Shown here piece after piece: positions 60,201 to 64,000 of a stretch of DNA of 64,000 bases; position 1 is the stretch's first letter, and every line of letters starts with the position of its first letter. Under the pieces are notes generated by a model, which worked only from the letters and a program-made list of their open reading frames with translations, searched no databases and was not told the origin of the DNA. Origin of the DNA: Eledone cirrhosa. Its lineage: Eukaryota. A program made the position numbers and the translations under genes. The stretch covers positions 11,284,001 through 11,348,000 of the forward strand of contig OZ024757.1 in assembly GCA_964016885.1 (NCBI GenBank), written 5' to 3'.

Positions 60201-63200
60201 AGGCACTAAACAAGGATATAACATTTTACACTTAGTACACAGTAAGGATAGGAAGGTCCTGAACAAGGATATCCAAATCTACACTTACAACACAGTGTTG
60301 TTAGGAAGACGCAGAACAAGGATGTTAAAATGTGCATTGAGTAGACAGTAATGTCAGGAAGGCCCTGAATAAGGATATCCAAATCTACACTTAGTGCAGA
60401 GTAATGATAGGAAGGCCCTGAACAAGGATATCAAAATCTACACTTGCAACACAGTAATGGTAGGAAGGCCCTGAACAAGGATATCAATATCTACAAATAC
60501 AACACAGTGGTGTTAGGTAGGCCCAGATCAAGGATGTTAAAATCTATATTCTGTACACAGTAACGTTAAGAAGGCTCAGAATAAGTATATAAAATGCTAC
60601 ACTTAAAACACAGTAATGTTAGGAAAGCACTGAACAAGGATATCCCAATCTACACTCAGTTCACAGTAATGTCAGGAAGGCCCTGAACAAGGATATAATA
60701 TGCAACACTTAGTACACAGCAATTTTAGGAAGGCCCTAAACAAGGATATAAAATGCTACACATAGTACAACGTGGTGTTAGGAAGGCCCTGAACACGGAT
60801 ATAAAATGCTACTCTTACAACGTAGTGGTGTTACGAAGGCCCTGATCAAGGATATCCAAATCTACAATTACAACACAGTCATGTTAGGAAGGCCTAGAAC
60901 AAGGATATCCAAATCTACACTTAGTACACAGTTATGTTAGGAAGGCCCTCAACAAGGATATCAAAATCTACACTTACAACAGAGTGGTGTTAAGAAGGGC
61001 CAGAACAAGGATGTTATAATGTACACTCAGTACACAGTAATGTCTGGAAAGCCCTGAATAAGGATATCCAAATCTACAGTCAGTACACAGTATTGTTAGG
61101 AAGGCCCTGAACAAGGATATCCAAATCTACACTCAGTACACAGTAATGATAGGAAGGCCCTGAACAAGGATATAACATGTTACACTTAGTACACAGTAAT
61201 GGTAGGAAGGCCCTGAATAAGGATATCAAAATCTACACTTACAACACAGTGTTGTTAGGAAGGCCCAGAACAAGGATGTTAAAATATACACTCAGTACAC
61301 AGTGATGTCAGGAAGGCCCTGAAGAAGGATATCCAAATCTACACTCAGTACACAGTATTGTTAGGAAGGCCCTGAACAAGGATATCCAAATCTACACTCA
61401 GTAGACAGTAATGATAGGAAGGCCCTGAACAAGGATATAACATGTTACACTTATTACACAGTAATGGTAGGAAGGCCCTGAACAAGGATATCAAAATCTA
61501 CACTTACAACACAGTGTTGTTAGGAAGGCCCAGAACAAGGATGTTAAAGTGTACACTCAGTACACCGTGATGTCTGGAAGGCCCTGAAGAAGGATAACCA
61601 AATCTACACTCAGTAGACAGTAATGATAGAAATGCCCTGAACAAGGATATAAAATGCTACACTTAGTACACAGTAATGTTAGGAAGGCCCTGAACAAGGA
61701 TATAACATTTTACACTCAGTACACAGTAATGATAGGAAGGCCCTGAACAAGGATATCCATATCTACACTTAGTACACAGTAGTGTTAGGAAGGCCCTGAA
61801 CAAGGATATCCAAATCTACACTTAGTAAACAGTAATGTTAGGAAGGCACTGAACAAGGACATAACATTTTACACTCAGTACACAGTAATGATAGGAAGGT
61901 CCTGAACGAGGATATCCAAATCTACACTTACAACACAGTGGTGTTAGGAAGACGCAGATCAAGGATGTTAAAATGTGCACTGAGTAGTCTGTAATGTCAG
62001 GAAGGCTCTGAACAAGGATATCCAAAGCTACACTCAGTACACAGTAATGTTAGGTAGGCCCTGAACAAGGATATCCAAATCTAAACTCAGTACACAGTAA
62101 TGATAGGAAGGCCCTGAACTAGGATATCCAAATCTACACTTAGTACACAGTTATGTTAAGAAGGCCCTGAACAAGGATATAAAAGGCTACACTCTGTACA
62201 CAGTGGTGTTAGGAAGGCCGTGAACATGGATTTGCAAATCTACACTTAGTAAACAGTAATGTTAGGAAGGCACTAAACAAGGATATAACATTTTACACTT
62301 AGTACACAGTATTGTTAGGAAGGCCCTGAACAAGGATATCCAAATCTACACTTACAACACAGTGGTGTTAGGAACGCCCAGAACAAGGATGTTAAAATGT
62401 ACACTTAGTACACAGTAATGTCAGGAAAGCCCTGAACAAGGATATCCAAATCTACACTCAGTACACAGTAATGTTAGGAAGGCCCTGTGTACAACACTTA
62501 GTAAACAGCAATTTTAGGAAGGCCCTGAACAAGGATATAAAATGCTACACATAGTACAACGTGGTGTTATGAAGGCCCTCAACAAGGATATAAAATGCTA
62601 CACTTACAACGCAGTGGTTTTTGGTTAGGCCCTGAACAAGGATATCCAAATCTACACTTAGTACACAGTAATGATAGGAAGGCCCTGAACAAGGATATAA
62701 AATGCTACACTCAGTACACAGTGGTGTAAGGAAGGCCCTGAACAAGGATTTCCAAATCTACACTTAGTAGACAGTAATGTTAAGAAGGCGCTGAACAAGG
62801 ATATAAAATGTTACACTTACAACACAGTAATGGTAGGAAGGCCCTGAACAAGGATATCAAAATCTACACTTCCAACACAGTGGTGTTAGGAAGGCCCAGA
62901 ACAAGGATGTTAAAATGTACACTCAGTACACACTAATGTTAGGCAGGCCCTGATCAAGGATATCCAAGTCTACACTCAGTACACAGTAAAGTTAGGAAGG
63001 CCCTGAACAAGGATATCCAAATCTAAACTCATTATACAGTAATGATAGGAAGGACCTGAACAAGCATATCCAAATCTGTACTTAGTACACAGTTATGTTA
63101 AGAAGGCCCTGAACAAGGATATAACATTTTAGACTTAGTACACAGTAATGTTTAGGAAGGCCCTGAACAAGGATATCAAAATCTACACTTACAACACAGT

Positions 63201-64000
63201 AATGGTAGGAAGGCTCTGAACAAGTATATCAAAATCTACACTTACAACACAGTAACGTTAGGAAAGCCCTGAACAAGGATATCCCAATCTACACTCAGTT
63301 CACAGTAATGTCAGGAAGGCCCTGAACAAGGACATAATATGCTACACTTAGTACACAGCAATGTTAGGAAGGCCCTGAACAAGGATATAAAATGCTACAC
63401 ATAGTACAACGTGGTCTTAGGAAGGCCCTCACACAAGGATATGAAATGCTACACTTACAACGTAGTGGTGTTAGGAAGCCCCTGAACAAGGATATCCAAA
63501 TCTACACTCAGTACACAGTTATGTTAGGAGGCGCTGAAAAGGATATAAAATGCTACACTCAGTACACAATGGTGTTAGCAAGGCCACGAGCAAGGATTTC
63601 CAAATCTACTCTTAGTAAACAGTAATGTTAGGAAGGCCCTGAACAAGGATATCAAATTCTACACTTACAATACAGTGGTGTTAAGAAGGCCCAGAACAAG
63701 GATGTTAAAATGTACACTCAGTACACAGTAATGTCATGAAGGCCCTGAACAAGGATATAAAATGCTACACATAGTACAACATGGTGTTAGGAAGGCCCTC
63801 AACAAGGATATAAAATGCTACACTTACAACGCAGTGGTGTTAGGAAGCCCCTGAACAAGGATATTCAAACCTACACTTAGTACACAGTAATGTTAGGAAG
63901 GCCCTGAACAAGGATATAAAATGCTACACTCAGTACACAGTGGTGTTAGGAAGGCCCTGAACAAGGATTTCCAAATCTACACTTAGTAAACAGTAATGTT
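48220..64000. repeat. 53-bp satellite array (~300 copies, runs off window) with higher-order repeats
   Basis: TACACAGTAATGTTAGGAAGGCCCTGAACAAGGATATCCAAATCTACACTTAG; period 53. Confidence 0.98.

Noticed and set aside
54614-62025. Repeated Cys-rich 67-69 aa ORFs
   Set aside because: Chance frames in satellite higher-order repeats; used only as period markers.

Overview
This is a eukaryotic, AT-rich window, almost entirely repeat-derived. It is very probably from an octopus or other coleoid cephalopod; this is inferred from the single-exon C2H2 zinc-finger gene style, the SINEs and the RTE LINEs with (GAT)n tails. Positions 1-41 kb hold one intact minus-strand C2H2-ZNF gene (14 fingers, 25431-26705), a ZNF pseudogene, duplicated non-coding exon blocks and a likely CpG/YY1 first exon near 40.8 kb. 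They also hold about a dozen RTE-clade LINE fragments, a young Penelope-like (Naiad-type) element with an open RT+GIY-YIG frame and inverted pLTRs, a deleted Gypsy element, a DD37D Tc1/mariner relic, MITEs and SINEs. Positions 41-64 kb are five consecutive tandem arrays (43, ~62, ~71, 34 and 53 bp units), two with higher-order structure, plus a solo LTR. Two signals stand out. (1) Several sequence-unrelated non-coding foldback palindromes carry minimal type I hammerhead ribozyme motifs or their 3' halves, mirroring the autonomous Penelope-like element. (2) A canonical PHD finger is inserted inside the reverse transcriptase domain of two RTE LINE families. Most short ORFs in the track are microsatellite or antisense artefacts. 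All calls were read by eye; no alignments, folding or database searches were run.
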